Shown here: positions 1-12,125 of the stretch, one piece after another
Layout of the letters: each line of letters starts with the position of its first letter
How positions within the stretch are numbered: position 1 is the stretch's first letter
Notes under the pieces: model-generated
Seen by the model: the letters and a program-made list of their open reading frames with translations, nothing else
What the model was told of the DNA's origin: nothing
Database searches by the model: none
Origin: Raillietiella orientalis
Lineage: Eukaryota
Length of the DNA stretch: 64,000 nt
NCBI GenBank assembly: GCA_036172245.1
Contig: JAYWIR010000004.1
Location: forward strand, 2,108,001-2,172,000
Reading direction: 5' to 3'
Position numbers and translations under genes: made by a program

Positions 1-1
1 T

Positions 2-532
2 CAGGAGATTTTCTGGATTGCTTTTGTTATAGGAATCATCTGTTTACTAGTGCTAGCCTGTTGCACAGAAATACGTAGAAAAACTCCTCACAATTTCATA
101 TTTTTGGGAATTTTCACTATTGCAGAAGGTTTTATGCTAGGAACTGCTGCAGGTCATTATAAAAGTGAGGAGGTGATACTAGCAGTTGGCATCACCGCTG
201 TAGTGTGCTTGGGACTAACAGTATTTGCAATGCAGACAAAGTGGGATTTCACAATGTGTGGAGGTTTTGTGTTAGTGAGCCTTTTAGTATTGCTTGTCTT
301 TGGAATAATTGCTATTTTCATTCCCAATAAGATTGTCCAGCTGGTGTATGCTTCTATTGGGGCATTGCTGTTTTCATTCTATTTGGTATTTGATACACAG
401 TTGATGCTAGGGGGCAAGCATCAGTATTCACTCTCTCCAGAGGAATATATTTTTGCTGCTCTTAACTTGTATCTGGATATCATTAACCTTTTCCTGTACA
501 TTCTGTCCATTATCGGAAATGCTCGTCGCTGA
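2..532 (+). CDS. Lifeguard / TMBIM (Bax inhibitor-1 family) membrane protein, 3' part (5' end outside the window or in an upstream exon)
   Basis: The frame is open from position 2 (QEIFWIAFVIGIICLLVLACC...) to TGA at 530-532. It has multiple hydrophobic helices and the family motifs RRKTPHNFIFLGIFT, FAMQTKWDFT and YLVFDTQLMLGGKHQYSLSPEEYIFAALNLYLDIINLFLYILSIIG. AATAAA follows at 569-574. Confidence 0.95.
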   Translation, partial: QEIFWIAFVIGIICLLVLACCTEIRRKTPHNFIFLGIFTIAEGFMLGTAAGHYKSEEVILAVGITAVVCLGLTVFAMQTKWDFTMCGGFVLVSLLVLLVFGIIAIFIPNKIVQLVYASIGALLFSFYLVFDTQLMLGGKHQYSLSPEEYIFAALNLYLDIINLFLYILSIIGNARR

Positions 533-2072
533 TCATAGCTTTATATTGCTCTTATGTTTCTAAATTGCAATAAAATTGGCAGGTAATAGAAAAATTGTGT
601 TTAAAGTGTACTCTATTGATATATTGTAAATGTTTAATGAAAATAGCTAATATATGAAAATATTAGATTGAATGTTCAAAAGTATAAATAAATAAAAATT
701 AAAAGCGATAAGGACATTTTTTATTGTTTTAAGGCATGTTCACGATTAGTATTTTCATGTTTAGCTTTCATGATCAGAATCAGAAAGATTAAGCCTGTAG
801 CTGAGTTCAGTGTAATAGGAGATTTTATTCTCAGAGGTTTGCTTATGCAATATATAACTTATGCCAAGAATGTCTCATTATAATACTAGTAGTGAATCGG
901 AATTTCGAATGGGTCATCAATTTGCTTAGGTATTTTTCTTTATGTCATTTTTCTTTATTATTTTCATGTGGTTATTTATTCAGAACAACAAAGAAATGGT
1001 TAAATGTTGCCTTAGGAATATATAATTTTTCAGTGACAGTAATCCACAAGAAATTGGAAAATTTAATGTCAGCTGAACGCAACAGTTTTCATTTTTGTGT
1101 TGGATCCAGTCAGTATTTCTTTGTTGTTCTTCAGTGTGATTAATGTGTGTTTTCCAGGTGACCTTGTTATTCCAGATATTTTCTTTTAAGATCCTATTCC
1201 AGTTTTTTTCCCATTAAGACACCTAGTATTCTCTTGATGTAGTCAAATCATAAAGGTTTATGGAAAATTCATCAGAGAATATTGTCAGCTACTTGATAGT
1301 GTGATCACAGAAGCACTCTTTATTTTATTTTGTTTATGCCTAGCAATCATGTCTTTGTTGTTCAGAAGACCAAGCATTGCTCAAGAGCTTTCACAATATT
1401 TTAGAAAATCCTTGAACTTTGAATTTTTTTCATCATCTTGAATGTTGGATGTTATAAACACATTTGGATCTCTTAATAAGGTGTCACATTGGTGATTCTC
1501 AAAAAAGTTATTTACCCTATTTAGTGTTAAAATCAGTAAAGCACATGAAAGTATTTTGAAATGTTAGTATGTGTGGGAGACTTTGGAATTATTAGGTGAA
1601 TAAAATTAATTTCAGTTCAGAATGCGAGTTACTGCTAATGAGCATTGTAAAGCTCCTAGACAGGCGAATAAGCTGTTAAATGCAATGTTACGTGGAAAAG
1701 AGTATTGATGCTTCGAAGCAGTAAAAGCAAAATTTCGAAGTCTTGGAATGGATGCAAGAGTATTGATACTTGCTGGGATGCAAGTACTTTTTCAATGCAG
1801 AATGGGAGCATGAAAAAAAGTCTGGGAATAAACACTGAAACCAAGAGACCGAGATCCGGAAAACTGAGTGGTTAAAGCACATTCGGTTTTCAATATGAAA
1901 ATAAAGTAATTATCAAGGTCAAGGTTGGTGTGATTGAGTGACAACCATCTTACATGGAAGCACAGGAAAAAAACTATTGTAAGGAGCAGTACAATTCAGG
2001 ATTCAAGTAGCTGGCCTCTGAGATAGTGATGCGAAATTTATTTTCAATAAAAAAGGGTTTTTGTAATTTTGT

Positions 2073-2117
2073 AGTCAAACCAAAACACGAAAATACTTTT
2101 CGTGTTTTGGTTTGACT
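2073..2117. repeat. Perfect 21-bp inverted repeat with a 3-nt loop
   Basis: agtcaaaccaaaacacgaaaa-tac-ttttcgtgttttggtttgact. Confidence 0.95.
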
Positions 2118-4083
2118 TTACTGTTTACAGGTATGCACTACTGACACGTATCAGGTTGTATTGTGCATGCATATCATAAATTTGGGAAGTAAAATTTGTT
2201 AGGAAGGGTAGGATATAACAAGATATTAAATAATCAGTAAATACACATTTTGAACTTAAAAGGAAGTTATAAGGAAAATATAAAAATTTTCAATTTAATT
2301 TTTCAAACACTGGAAGAAGTGAGAGGACGAAACAAACGAACAATAAAGCAGACTGAAAAGTAGGTTAATAGTTATTTAAAGAGCAATAGAAGCATTAAAT
2401 GTATTTCAACTATTTAGATCGATGAAGCAAGTAGTTGCTCCTCAGTGCCTCCAAGTTTGAGAGTATTTAGAGTGTTTTAGGAACTTTCACAGAATTGTTA
2501 CAAATGGCAAGCCAATTCCAATTAGCCTCTTGGCAGACTCTATCTGTATGATGAAGGCGCATCCAAACCTAATCAAGAAGTTTTATGGCAGTTCCCAGGT
2601 TCATTCATTACCAGATAAACATCAAGATTAATGCTTCAGTATACCATTGAAGAAAATGCAAGGGCAAAGTTGAGTTAAAGAGGTGCCCAACACCTTGACA
2701 GGTGGAAATCGACTTGGATTAGTACATAGCACCAATGGTTTTTGAAAGTTGCAAAAATATTAGCTACCAGGCATTAGGTTTGGTGGAAAACTAAATTTGT
2801 TGCCTTGGAAACTAGGGCGGTAATTGGTGGTAGCAGACCAACATCTCTTTCAAAGCCACAATCACGAGTTGCATTCCAAGAAATTTTAAATTATGGTAGC
2901 ATGTGTGCTGAATTGCATTTCCTTGACCTGCCTTTGTAACAGTACACCTTTGTCTCTTATATTTGATGACATTATTGTAATACCATGCTGGTTGTCGAAA
3001 TGAATGTGTGCATACGCACCCTTATTGAGAGAGGCAATAATTCAATATGATTTACAAAATTGTTACCAAAAACAGTATAAATCACCGTTTTTTCAACGGT
3101 TCATTCAAGTTTGTTTCCAAATTTCACAAACTGAGAAGCTTTTATACGTCTAGTTCGCAACTGTGGAACACCTGCTGATGAGTAAGCATTCTGACATGCA
3201 TTCACTTTCATTCATGTAGAATACCTTTAAATCAAACTTTCTGCATTAAAACTTTTTGCCCATTTTTGGAAAGCATCGACTCATTTGGATTCATTGGATG
3301 GGCATAAGTTTTGGGTCCTTTTAAGAATTTTCTTTTCAGGGCTCTTTACTTCATTTGTTGACCTTGCAGTGACATTTATTAGGCGCAAGACATTATTATC
3401 TGTGTTTGTTTATTATGCATGTATGTTACGTACATGCATGTTTGGGAAATTCTTTATTGATTCTCGCAAGTTACAGAACGGTCTCGACTGGGAGTATAAT
3501 GATTGATCATGTAATTCCCGGGCATTCCTCCACAGCGATTGAGGCTGTTTTGTTCCTGGGCGCTGAGGAACTCCACTGCATCAGAATCTTCTTCGAGGAT
3601 GCATAATATCAGCACCATTCACCATCTTCTGCTTTACATAGTTTTTAACTCTTCTTATGGAAGACTGCTCCCATTGTAGAAAACTAGTTTCTCGTGAAAA
3701 ACAGAATGAGGTCTACCTTGCCTGCCGTGTTCTGTTCGAATCTTGCTTTCTCCTTGTTTTCAGTTTGAAAAGCTGTCTGGTAGGAGATTAACCATGAATG
3801 GAAGTGTGCGTGTTATGCTTATGCTCTTTAATCTCTTTACTTTATGACAGACAGACAAAACAAGATCAAGCACTTGATCTAAGTTCAAAACAATAACCTT
3901 GCAAAGGTGAAAACGATGCCCGATAGCGATCGTTCCGATTTAAAGCAGCATGATTACAGTATTTCCGAACACTATCCGATGTTTTTAACTTTCACATAAG
4001 AGGATCGATGAATCTTCCGGAGCATGCGTGCTCCTCAGGTTAAAGACATCATTCAAAGTGTTCGGGAAAAGTTTCCATTCACT

Positions 4084-7000
4084 ATGCGCATAAAGATTGC
4101 ATTATTTCTCACATCTTTACTGTGCCGAATCCAAGGCCCTAACAAAGTTGTTATTTCGAACAGATGCCACAGGGCTCGTTCAAATTTAGTGTTAAAATTC
4201 GTTCGTGCGGTAAGTGTTCCTAAGAAGTTTTTCTTTCCACGGGAAGTTCCTAGAAAATTATTCCCATGATGACTAAGTTCAACGTCAGCCTTCCAGTGGA
4301 TTGCCCTTTGCATCCGAAGAGAGATACGTTTTATGTTTATGAAAACAATAGATTACATCTTGGAAATCACCAGTGGAACTGCGGTTTTTGTGGGAAGTCG
4401 TTCTACGACGATAGCAGTCTAGATCATCATCATCACAGAAGACACTCGGGATTAGAAAAAACGGCAAGTAAAGACATGCTTTGTGTTCTCCATTTTCCTT
4501 GTAAATTCAGTAATCATGGGATTTCCATGGTTGCCCTTTCCTCGGGGCTGCTTTGAATGGTCACTGTGCGTAAGACAAATCTCGAAACTGCAGGCAGACT
4601 CTTGGTCGTTTCACGTTTCCCAATTTTCTCATCATCTCTCGGAAAGCAATCCTTGATCCGCTTCCAGCATGTAAAAGAATTCTCAACTTCTGTGCTTGCG
4701 AGAGCACCGATCCATCTCTGAAACTTGCATCTCTTTACAGAATGCCCCGAATTTCGCTTCCAAACAAAGATTCTTGCATGCTAACCATCAAAGAGGTTGT
4801 TCGAGTTGCGCAGAATAGAGATCGACGTTTGGGGGGCCGCCACAGGAGCTGCTGTTATCCTGCTTTCCGGAACGGGAAGCACGAATCCCTATGTGGCGAG
4901 GAATTCTTTCTGAGAAATCCTTAGAGAGTGGACGGATGGAGTTCGCGCACAGCGTCCCACACAACTGGCAAAATCCAAAGTTGCTGTTGGGGGCCTTCTC
5001 AGGAGCGTTTCCTCTGTTCATTTTCTTGGCCTCCTGTTCGTTCACCACGTTTCAGGGTTCTTGAGGACTGCCTGTTACATGGGTGTAGCTTCGAAGGCAT
5101 CAACGCAAAGGTGGAGGACAGTCTGGCAAGTACAGGTGCACGGCAGACTGTCTTTCACTGGTTCGCGATTGACCCACGACCTCACAATGCCGATGCACGG
5201 ATCGATGTCGGTGTTGTGAGTGGCCAATCATTGACTCCTCTCCGACTGGAACCACTCTCCTTTGTCTCGTATAGTGCTGGTGCAGCCTGCAGTTGTTGTT
5301 TCTCCGTTTTCCTGCAAGAAAGGAATCCCACTGCGAAAAAAGTCGACGGCAACTGCTACCACTGCACTGATTTTGCTATTCCAGGGAACGACTCCCGCTA
5401 GGCAAAATCATCGGAATCCATCGTCATCAAAACGACGCGTTTCCTTTTCTCGTGTGTGCATGAATGGATCCCCCCCCCCCTCCCCCGACTGCATCCGAAA
5501 GTTTTCCAAAGCAGAAGCCTATCCGTCCCTCCGAGAGATGGCGAGTGTTCCTCTCCTGCTATATTGTCGTTTCCATCTGCCACCCGCGAGGGGACACGAC
5601 GCTGCCGTCGATCTCACTGGCTCTGCCTTCAATACGTAGAAGGACGACACGTTGATGCAACTACCAGTAGAAACACCGCGTCGGCTTCCAACTGATGCAG
5701 CCCTACGGAGATGGTAGAGGACTCTCCCGCCGATGTTAGCTTGCTCTTCGCAGCTACTCTTGAATCCTCTTGAGGGAAAACTGGAGTCTCTCTTGCTGAA
5801 GCCCAAGATGTACTCGGGAAACACGAGGGCTCAAGAAAACACCCACAGGGGAAGGTTTCTCCTCGCCGCCTCTGCTGCTTTCCTCTTCTTCCTCATTATC
5901 CTGCATCGCGAGTGTCCTCTCCCTGTCCCCTTCTCCTCTATTCTGTTTCCACTCCCTTCCCTCTCTCTCTTGTTCCCCTTCCTCCAAGAGCTTTTTCCTC
6001 GTACTCTGTCGTCTCCCCCATCGGCTGGACCGTGTACGCTTCTCGTGGCAGCTCCCTGAGTGGCACGTTCCTTTCCCTTGCGGACTCAGGCGAAAAGGAG
6101 GGAATGCCGAAGGACGGAGGAACATCCAGTCCTCTGGAAGGAAGGTCTGGGAAGAGACATCACTTCTCCTCGCTTCCTAGCGGGTCCACAGGCGATGCAG
6201 GAAGACGAGCAGAAGATGACAGGATACCGAGGCCCCGCATTACTTCCATCTTCGTCATTCCCTTCCCTTCCTATTCTCTACCTCGACCTTAATCCCTTCA
6301 CGTCCGCCTGCACCCTCTGCTTTCGCAAAGACCTTCTAGGAAATGAGACAGCGGGAAAGCGAGAAGAGGAGCAGCCTTGTTTCCCTCTCTTCACCCTTCC
6401 CGAAAGTGATGTCGGGTCTTTGCACGATCCGGCAGGCTCGCATGCTCACTCCTTTCGCCCATCAAATTCTAGGAGAGAAGCCCTCCAGGGGAAGAGACGG
6501 GCAAGACGGGTAGACCAGCAAACTCGAGGTCTCTTTGGGGATCATGGCCGATCACTTCCGGGAGTTGCTTATCAAAAACTCCGGACCTTCCCAACGGGAG
6601 CACTTCCGGATGGCGTTCCTTTGGGTCCTTCCTTTTCCCTTATTTCCTCCTCTTCTCCGCCTATCAGGGGAGAGCACCCCAGGCAGCGGAGTGATGGTGA
6701 GACGGCAGTCTTCCCTTCCAGGACGAGGACGCCGTTTGCCTGGCCTCCTTCTGCGACGTCCTGCGCTGCAACGCCTGGCAGCGCAGCGCCGAACGGTGGA
6801 CGCACTCTCTGGCGCCTCCTAGCACGGAGCTCCAGACCTGGCGCGCTCTCCCGAAGCGCGAAGCAACCTCCGGGAGGGAGCGCATCGCCTATTCTCCCAG
6901 GGAAGCACCCCTTTCCCAGGAAGCACCTAGGGTCCTCCCAGAAAGCGAGGACGAACAAGGCGAGGACCGCGGCGGAGAGTGCGACCCCACTCAGATGGAG

Positions 7001-10000
7001 GAGTTGCATGGGCGCTGCGTGGTGAGTGCTCGGAGGGGAAGGAAAGGGGAAAAGCGGGAGCGTAATCGTCCCGCAACGATTGCGCCCGTCCCCGGAGGGA
7101 GAGGGGAGGAGGTGAAAGCGAAGACCTGTGTGCCTCCCGCTTGTGGCACAGCTCCTTCCCCTCTGTACCCTTCGGAGTGGAGCAGAGAGAAAGGGGGGAC
7201 AGGAGCGCGGAGTAGCCGCGGCAACGGAGGTAAACGGGAAGCGGCGAAAGAAGAGGGAGAGCAGAGTTTCCCCTGGAGGTGCGCTGCGTTGCGAAAGATC
7301 CGCCAGGTCGGGGAAGGAATCTCCTGCTCCCGCAGGAGGAGGATGCGCTCCCTCGCTATAGGAAGAGGAAGAAGAGAGGTTTCCCGTTTCCCACCTCTCG
7401 CATTCAGAAGAACTGCTCGCCCTAACCCAGGTCTCCCGCACAGGAAGAGCAGAGAGAGAAAGACAGGAAAAAAAACGAAGTCCAGTCCAAATCCAACCCT
7501 ACAATACAGCGGCGACATTTCTCTAAAGCGCTTCCAGTTGCCAACGGGGAAAACGAACCCTCAGGAAAGTTGACCAAAGTCATTATCGCCCCACGACGAA
7601 AGCGAAGCTCGGCGCCCTCGATGCAACGCCTGAAGCATCAACTGCTTCTCGGAGACCGGAGCTGGGTCGCCGATGGGACGAGCACCAGAAGACCGCGGCG
7701 CCGCGCTCTGGGAAGCGATGATCGGGCCTCCGACACCCCCAGTAGTCCTCCACGGAACGTTTGGAACTAGGGAGATTGCCGTGCGTCGGTTCGCCGACCT
7801 CCTTGCGAGCTACAAGCGGATCTTCTGCAGGCCCGAGGGCCACCACTCCTGGAAGAGGTGGTACCCCTTCCGGCGCCGCGGATCAGGTGGTCCTTCGAGA
7901 CACGAGAGAGCATCCGTGCAGCTTGGCTCGCCTTCCTTCTCGGAAGGAAGGCGAGCGAAGCTTCCGAAAAGTTCCCCGCGGGAACGACGAGCGCTGCCAT
8001 AGCCACTCCTTGGATCCCTCGCTGGAATAAAGAAACCCCATGCTGCCAAGGCAACGCGGCAGCCAGCGGATGCGACCACCCCTGCGATCGCGAGCCGCAG
8101 CTTGCACCCGGCAGCCCGAAGTCACTATGGGGGCGCGTGCAATCGCCATGCTCTACAGGCAAGAATTCTGCCGTCAAGTCGGCAGCACGTCAGGTGGTGG
8201 GTTGTGCATTGGGAGGTCCTGCGCCATCCCAGGCGCCACCAAACTTCAAGCAGGCGGGTGCAACCACGCTGCACTCTCTGAAGAGCTCGCGGTTATCTCC
8301 CCTCCCGTCCGAAAAATCGGAGGCAGAGGAGGAATTCAGGGCGCGGAAGGGGGCGTTGGCGGAGCGGCGGACGGGTCGCTGGAAGGGGCTGCTTTGCCGC
8401 AGAGGACCTTCCCCGAAGGGCTGCTGGTGTGTTGCTTTGCAGGCCATGCTGGACACGTGCGTGTCGCCCCTACTGCTGAACCTGGGAGCACGGGAGTTCC
8501 TCGAGCTCGAAGGTGAGTGCGAGGAGGGTGGGAAGCGAAGACGCTGCAAGCAGGAGGTCGCTTAGGCGTCAACAGGGTAAAGCAAAGGGGAATGAGCGAA
8601 CGAGGAGCCGTGCTCCCAGCTCTGCCTGTCCATCCTGCACCCCCCGTCTCCCAGCTTGCAAGACCCCCTTCGTCGCGATTACTTGGCTGGTCGACCGCTC
8701 ACCGCAGGACGACAATGCATGCTCGGAGGCAGCGGAAATTCCGCGCGTTACGCTAAGGCCGCGCCCTCCAGAAGCGCAGGCGACCCGATCCCACAATCGG
8801 GTTCCATGGGGCGGACTGCAAAACCCGGGATAGGCAACGCGTCCGATCCTACGCCCGAGATCGCCTCCCCTCCCTACTCCCCTCCTCTCAGTGCAGCTCT
8901 CCGGCTACGCTTAACTATCTGCCCAGCAGCCCGGACCCAACCGTTCCGTTCCTAGCGAATACATAAGGCGGAAACGAGCGGTAGGAAGCAGGGCAAGCCG
9001 GGCACGACCCTGCCCCACGCCGCCTGAAGGCGCGGCGCTCCACGACGAACCGCCTAGCGAAGGTTCCACCTTGCCCCGCGCTTTCCTTGGCAGGTCGCGG
9101 CGGCGCACGCAAGAGCAGACTACCGCCGGCCTCCGACTGCGAGCGACGCGGACGCGGACGACTCCGCAGCGGAGCTCCGGAGGGGTCGGCCGATCCGGGA
9201 CAGCGTAGCAGAACAAAACGTTCCTTCAAGGAAGGCTCGTGACTTCCTCCCGCGCTGGCCAAGCCATCCGCTTCGCGGCAGCCTCCCGGCCTCTTCCCGG
9301 CGCCGAACGCCGCGTCACCGCTGCCCGTATCCATGCACACCAGAGCAGTCCCCGCTCACGAGGCTGTGAGGCGTAATTATGACAACCACGTGGTCCCGCC
9401 CGGCAACGTGCAGTTGGTCACGGGAGCGACGTTCCCTGGGAAGTGGAAGCGATAGAAGACTCGTGCGGTGCGCGTGCGAGGCGGCCCCCTGCTTCCCGGG
9501 CGATACTCACCCGCACCCTGCTTCTGTTGCGCGGCTCTCCCGCTGCGCGTTCCCGTGGCGGCTGCCTGCGGCCCGCAGACGCACGTTGGAACGATACCCA
9601 CGTGACTTCACCCGCCCACCTTCGCGCGTGCGATCCCGTGCCTGCAAACGACGTGCACGGCGAACGTTCCACGAGAACGAGCGAGCGGCGGCGCTTCCCG
9701 TTCGCGCCTCGATTTCTACCGCTCGGCTGCTGCCTGCTGACGCTTCAAGGACGTCCGCAGACAACGGAACACCTGTCGGGGGCGACATCGGTGCGTGTCG
9801 TGGGTACCGACGCTACCTCTGCGTGCTCGTTCTCCAGGAAAGAGGGCACCCTACGATGCCAGGAAGGGTGTGTGGACGAAGGAGTCCGTTTCTCTCACGC
9901 GTGGGAACAGCTTCCTTATTCCCTCCGAAGGGATCCCCAGGAAGGCTCCAGTCCTCGTCTTTCGGAAAGGATGCCGCTTTCCTGTTACCCCTCTGGAGAG

Positions 10001-11723
10001 AAACCCGAAGGGTCGCTCCCCGAAGGAAGCACCTCTCTGGAGTGACAGCAACCACATCCCTGGTGCTCGACACGGGCTCCATCTTCACAATCGGAGGAAG
10101 AGGGACTCCGAAGGGAACCGGCCCCTAGTCCATTACCGGAAGGACCCCGGACGGTCCACTTCCGACCCCGAGCGCTCCAAGGGGGCACCCGGCATCCCGC
10201 TTCCCCCGTCAGAGACGCACATGAAACCCATGGGCCGACCAGAGTCTCATCTACACGGAACCCACGATGCACGCGTTCCTCCGGCGTGCATCCTGCACGT
10301 GCGGGGGAATTCGAACCCGCAACGCCACGCGCCGCGACCGCAGCCCAACGGCTACAAACGCGGGTCCGACGAACGGAGCGACCGGCTGCGATCCCGACGG
10401 GACGAGCGTTCCTCCAATTCCTCTCACTCTCTGTCCGTCCAGCGTTGGCCGAGGTCCGCGCTCCAAGTACTGTACGTCGGCAGGGAAACGGAGGGCACTG
10501 GCAGCGATGGAGCGCCCCCGATCTTCTGCGTTACCTTCCCTTTCGGGGACGACGGCTGCTTCTGCTGGCCCAGTGCGTGTCCGGGAAGCGCGCGCGCATG
10601 GACACGGGACAAGGAACCGCCTTGAAAAACGTTGCACAGTGCGTCGGAGAAACGGCATTTTCCTAGGCGCGCGCACGACCTGCAGGTGGTGAGCGCAAGC
10701 GGCAGAAGAGCGAGGGTGAGCGAAAGGCAGGCGGACAAGCGCGAAAAGACAGGAAGGGAAGAGAGAGGCGGGGGTGAAGGTGCGCGGCACGCTCCCGAAC
10801 TGCGCCAGCGGCACGCCCACAACGCTCCGCCCCTTTCAACTCCTCCAGCCCGTGCTCCCCTTTCCAGAGGACTTCTACCGACTGACGTGCTGGTCCCTGA
10901 CCTGCGGCGACCTCACGGACGACAAGCTGACCGAGGTGTGGAAAGCGATCTGGCAACTGGTGCTCATCTTGACGGTGACCTTCGCGGTCGGCTTCTACAT
11001 TTCGTGGGTGGTCTCCGAGTAGGTGACGCGCGCCCCTAGCAGCAAGGTGCACGCGCGCGGGCGACACGCCGCTGGAGGCAAGCAGTCGCGAGCGGACGCG
11101 CGATGGCGCAGCTCGCAGGAGCGTGGCGGAAAGGTCGAGTGGACGGAACGTGTCGTGGGGTTCGAAAGGATGGGTTGCCGCCCGTCCACCTCGACACCGA
11201 CCTGCCCGTGCCAAGTCCGCCTCCGCCCGGGCCACGGCAACCAGAGCTGGAGTGGGAGACGCTGCGACGCATGGCCTTGCCCGGGCTCTCTTCGGAAGGG
11301 TCTTTGGAAGTGAAGGATGCCGTCCTTCTCCTTCCTCCCGAAGCAGCCTCCGGCAGACGCGAGCCGCTCCGGCTGACAGCCCGTGCTTTGCAGACTCGTG
11401 AAGCTGGCGCTCGCGTACCGGAGGCACCGGATCGACTCAGCGGGCGCCCAGCGCCCTGACGGCGACGATCACCGTTCATGCGTCCCTGCCGCGCCACGGC
11501 ACCTCCCAAGGTGAGTCGATGAGCGCCGAGCGTCGACTTCACAGATCGACTCACCCTCCTTCCTAGGTCCAACCTAGAGGACGTCGAAGAATACTTCGAC
11601 GCCTCTTCCGATTTCCTCGAACACCTGTCCCCGAACGCCAACGACTACATCTACGTCACGTGCCCCAGGAATCTCGTGAACAAGTTCAAGTCCCTTCGCA
11701 GCAGTCCCTCCGTCCTGCTGTGA
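4084..11723 (+). CDS. Uncharacterised Cys-rich, C2H2-motif, single-pass membrane protein (7 exons, ~376 aa)
   Basis: Hand-spliced exons: 4084-4209, 4254-4463, 6722-7021, 8443-8512, 10868-11018, 11394-11510, 11567-11723. All intron phases are compatible and the total is 1131 nt. Protein order: hydrophobic N-terminus MRIKIALFLTSLLC, then CHRARS, LPVDCPLHPKRD, WNCGFCGKSFYDDSSLDHHHHRRH (C2H2), AVCLASFCDVLRC, CDPTQMEELHGRC, CVSPLLLNL, LTCWSLTC, then the TM segment IWQLVLILTVTFAVGFYISWVV. The Cys spacing matches my recollection of a conserved plant/invertebrate C2H2-like membrane protein family. The intron 2 donor is GC (gcaagt at 4464). An alternative in-frame ATG lies at 4024. Confidence 0.85.
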
Positions 11724-12119
11724 GACCGACGCAGGCACACCTCTCGCCAGCGCGCTCGTTTCCGCCTCGGTGAACGGGCGACGCCACTGCGGGTCGGCCG
11801 CCAGCACGGCAGGCGCCCTTCGCTCCAGCACGAAAAAGCGGAAGGTGCCTTCCACCAGCCGCTGCTTTGGGCACGCGTACGTCGGCGCCCGCCAACAGGA
11901 GGCGCGAACAAGCTGCTTCTTCCTCTCTTCGACGAAGCTTCCGAAAACACCCCCCTTCCCGTGCTCCGTCTCATCTGGCGCTCGACTGGCACCGTTCGCT
12001 CTTCACCCTTCCGAGTCCTCTCGTCATGCCAGCGCCACGCACCGAGACGACAGCCGTGACTGCTGGAAGCATGGCCGACACCAACTGCTCGCTCACGCAT
12101 TCCACGGACGAATGACGAC

Positions 12120-12125
12120 AATAAA
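12120..12125 (+). promoter_or_regulatory. Candidate polyadenylation signal (AATAAA) of the C2H2 membrane-protein gene
   Basis: First AATAAA I found, ~400 nt after the stop at 11723, in otherwise very GC-rich sequence. Confidence 0.55.

Noticed and set aside
3170..3215. CTGATGAG, a hammerhead ribozyme core start
   Set aside because: No matching GAAA or closing stems were found at suitable spacing.
6060..7025. 321-aa ORF
   Set aside because: It overlaps true exon 3 (6722-7021) in a different frame and has no recognisable features.
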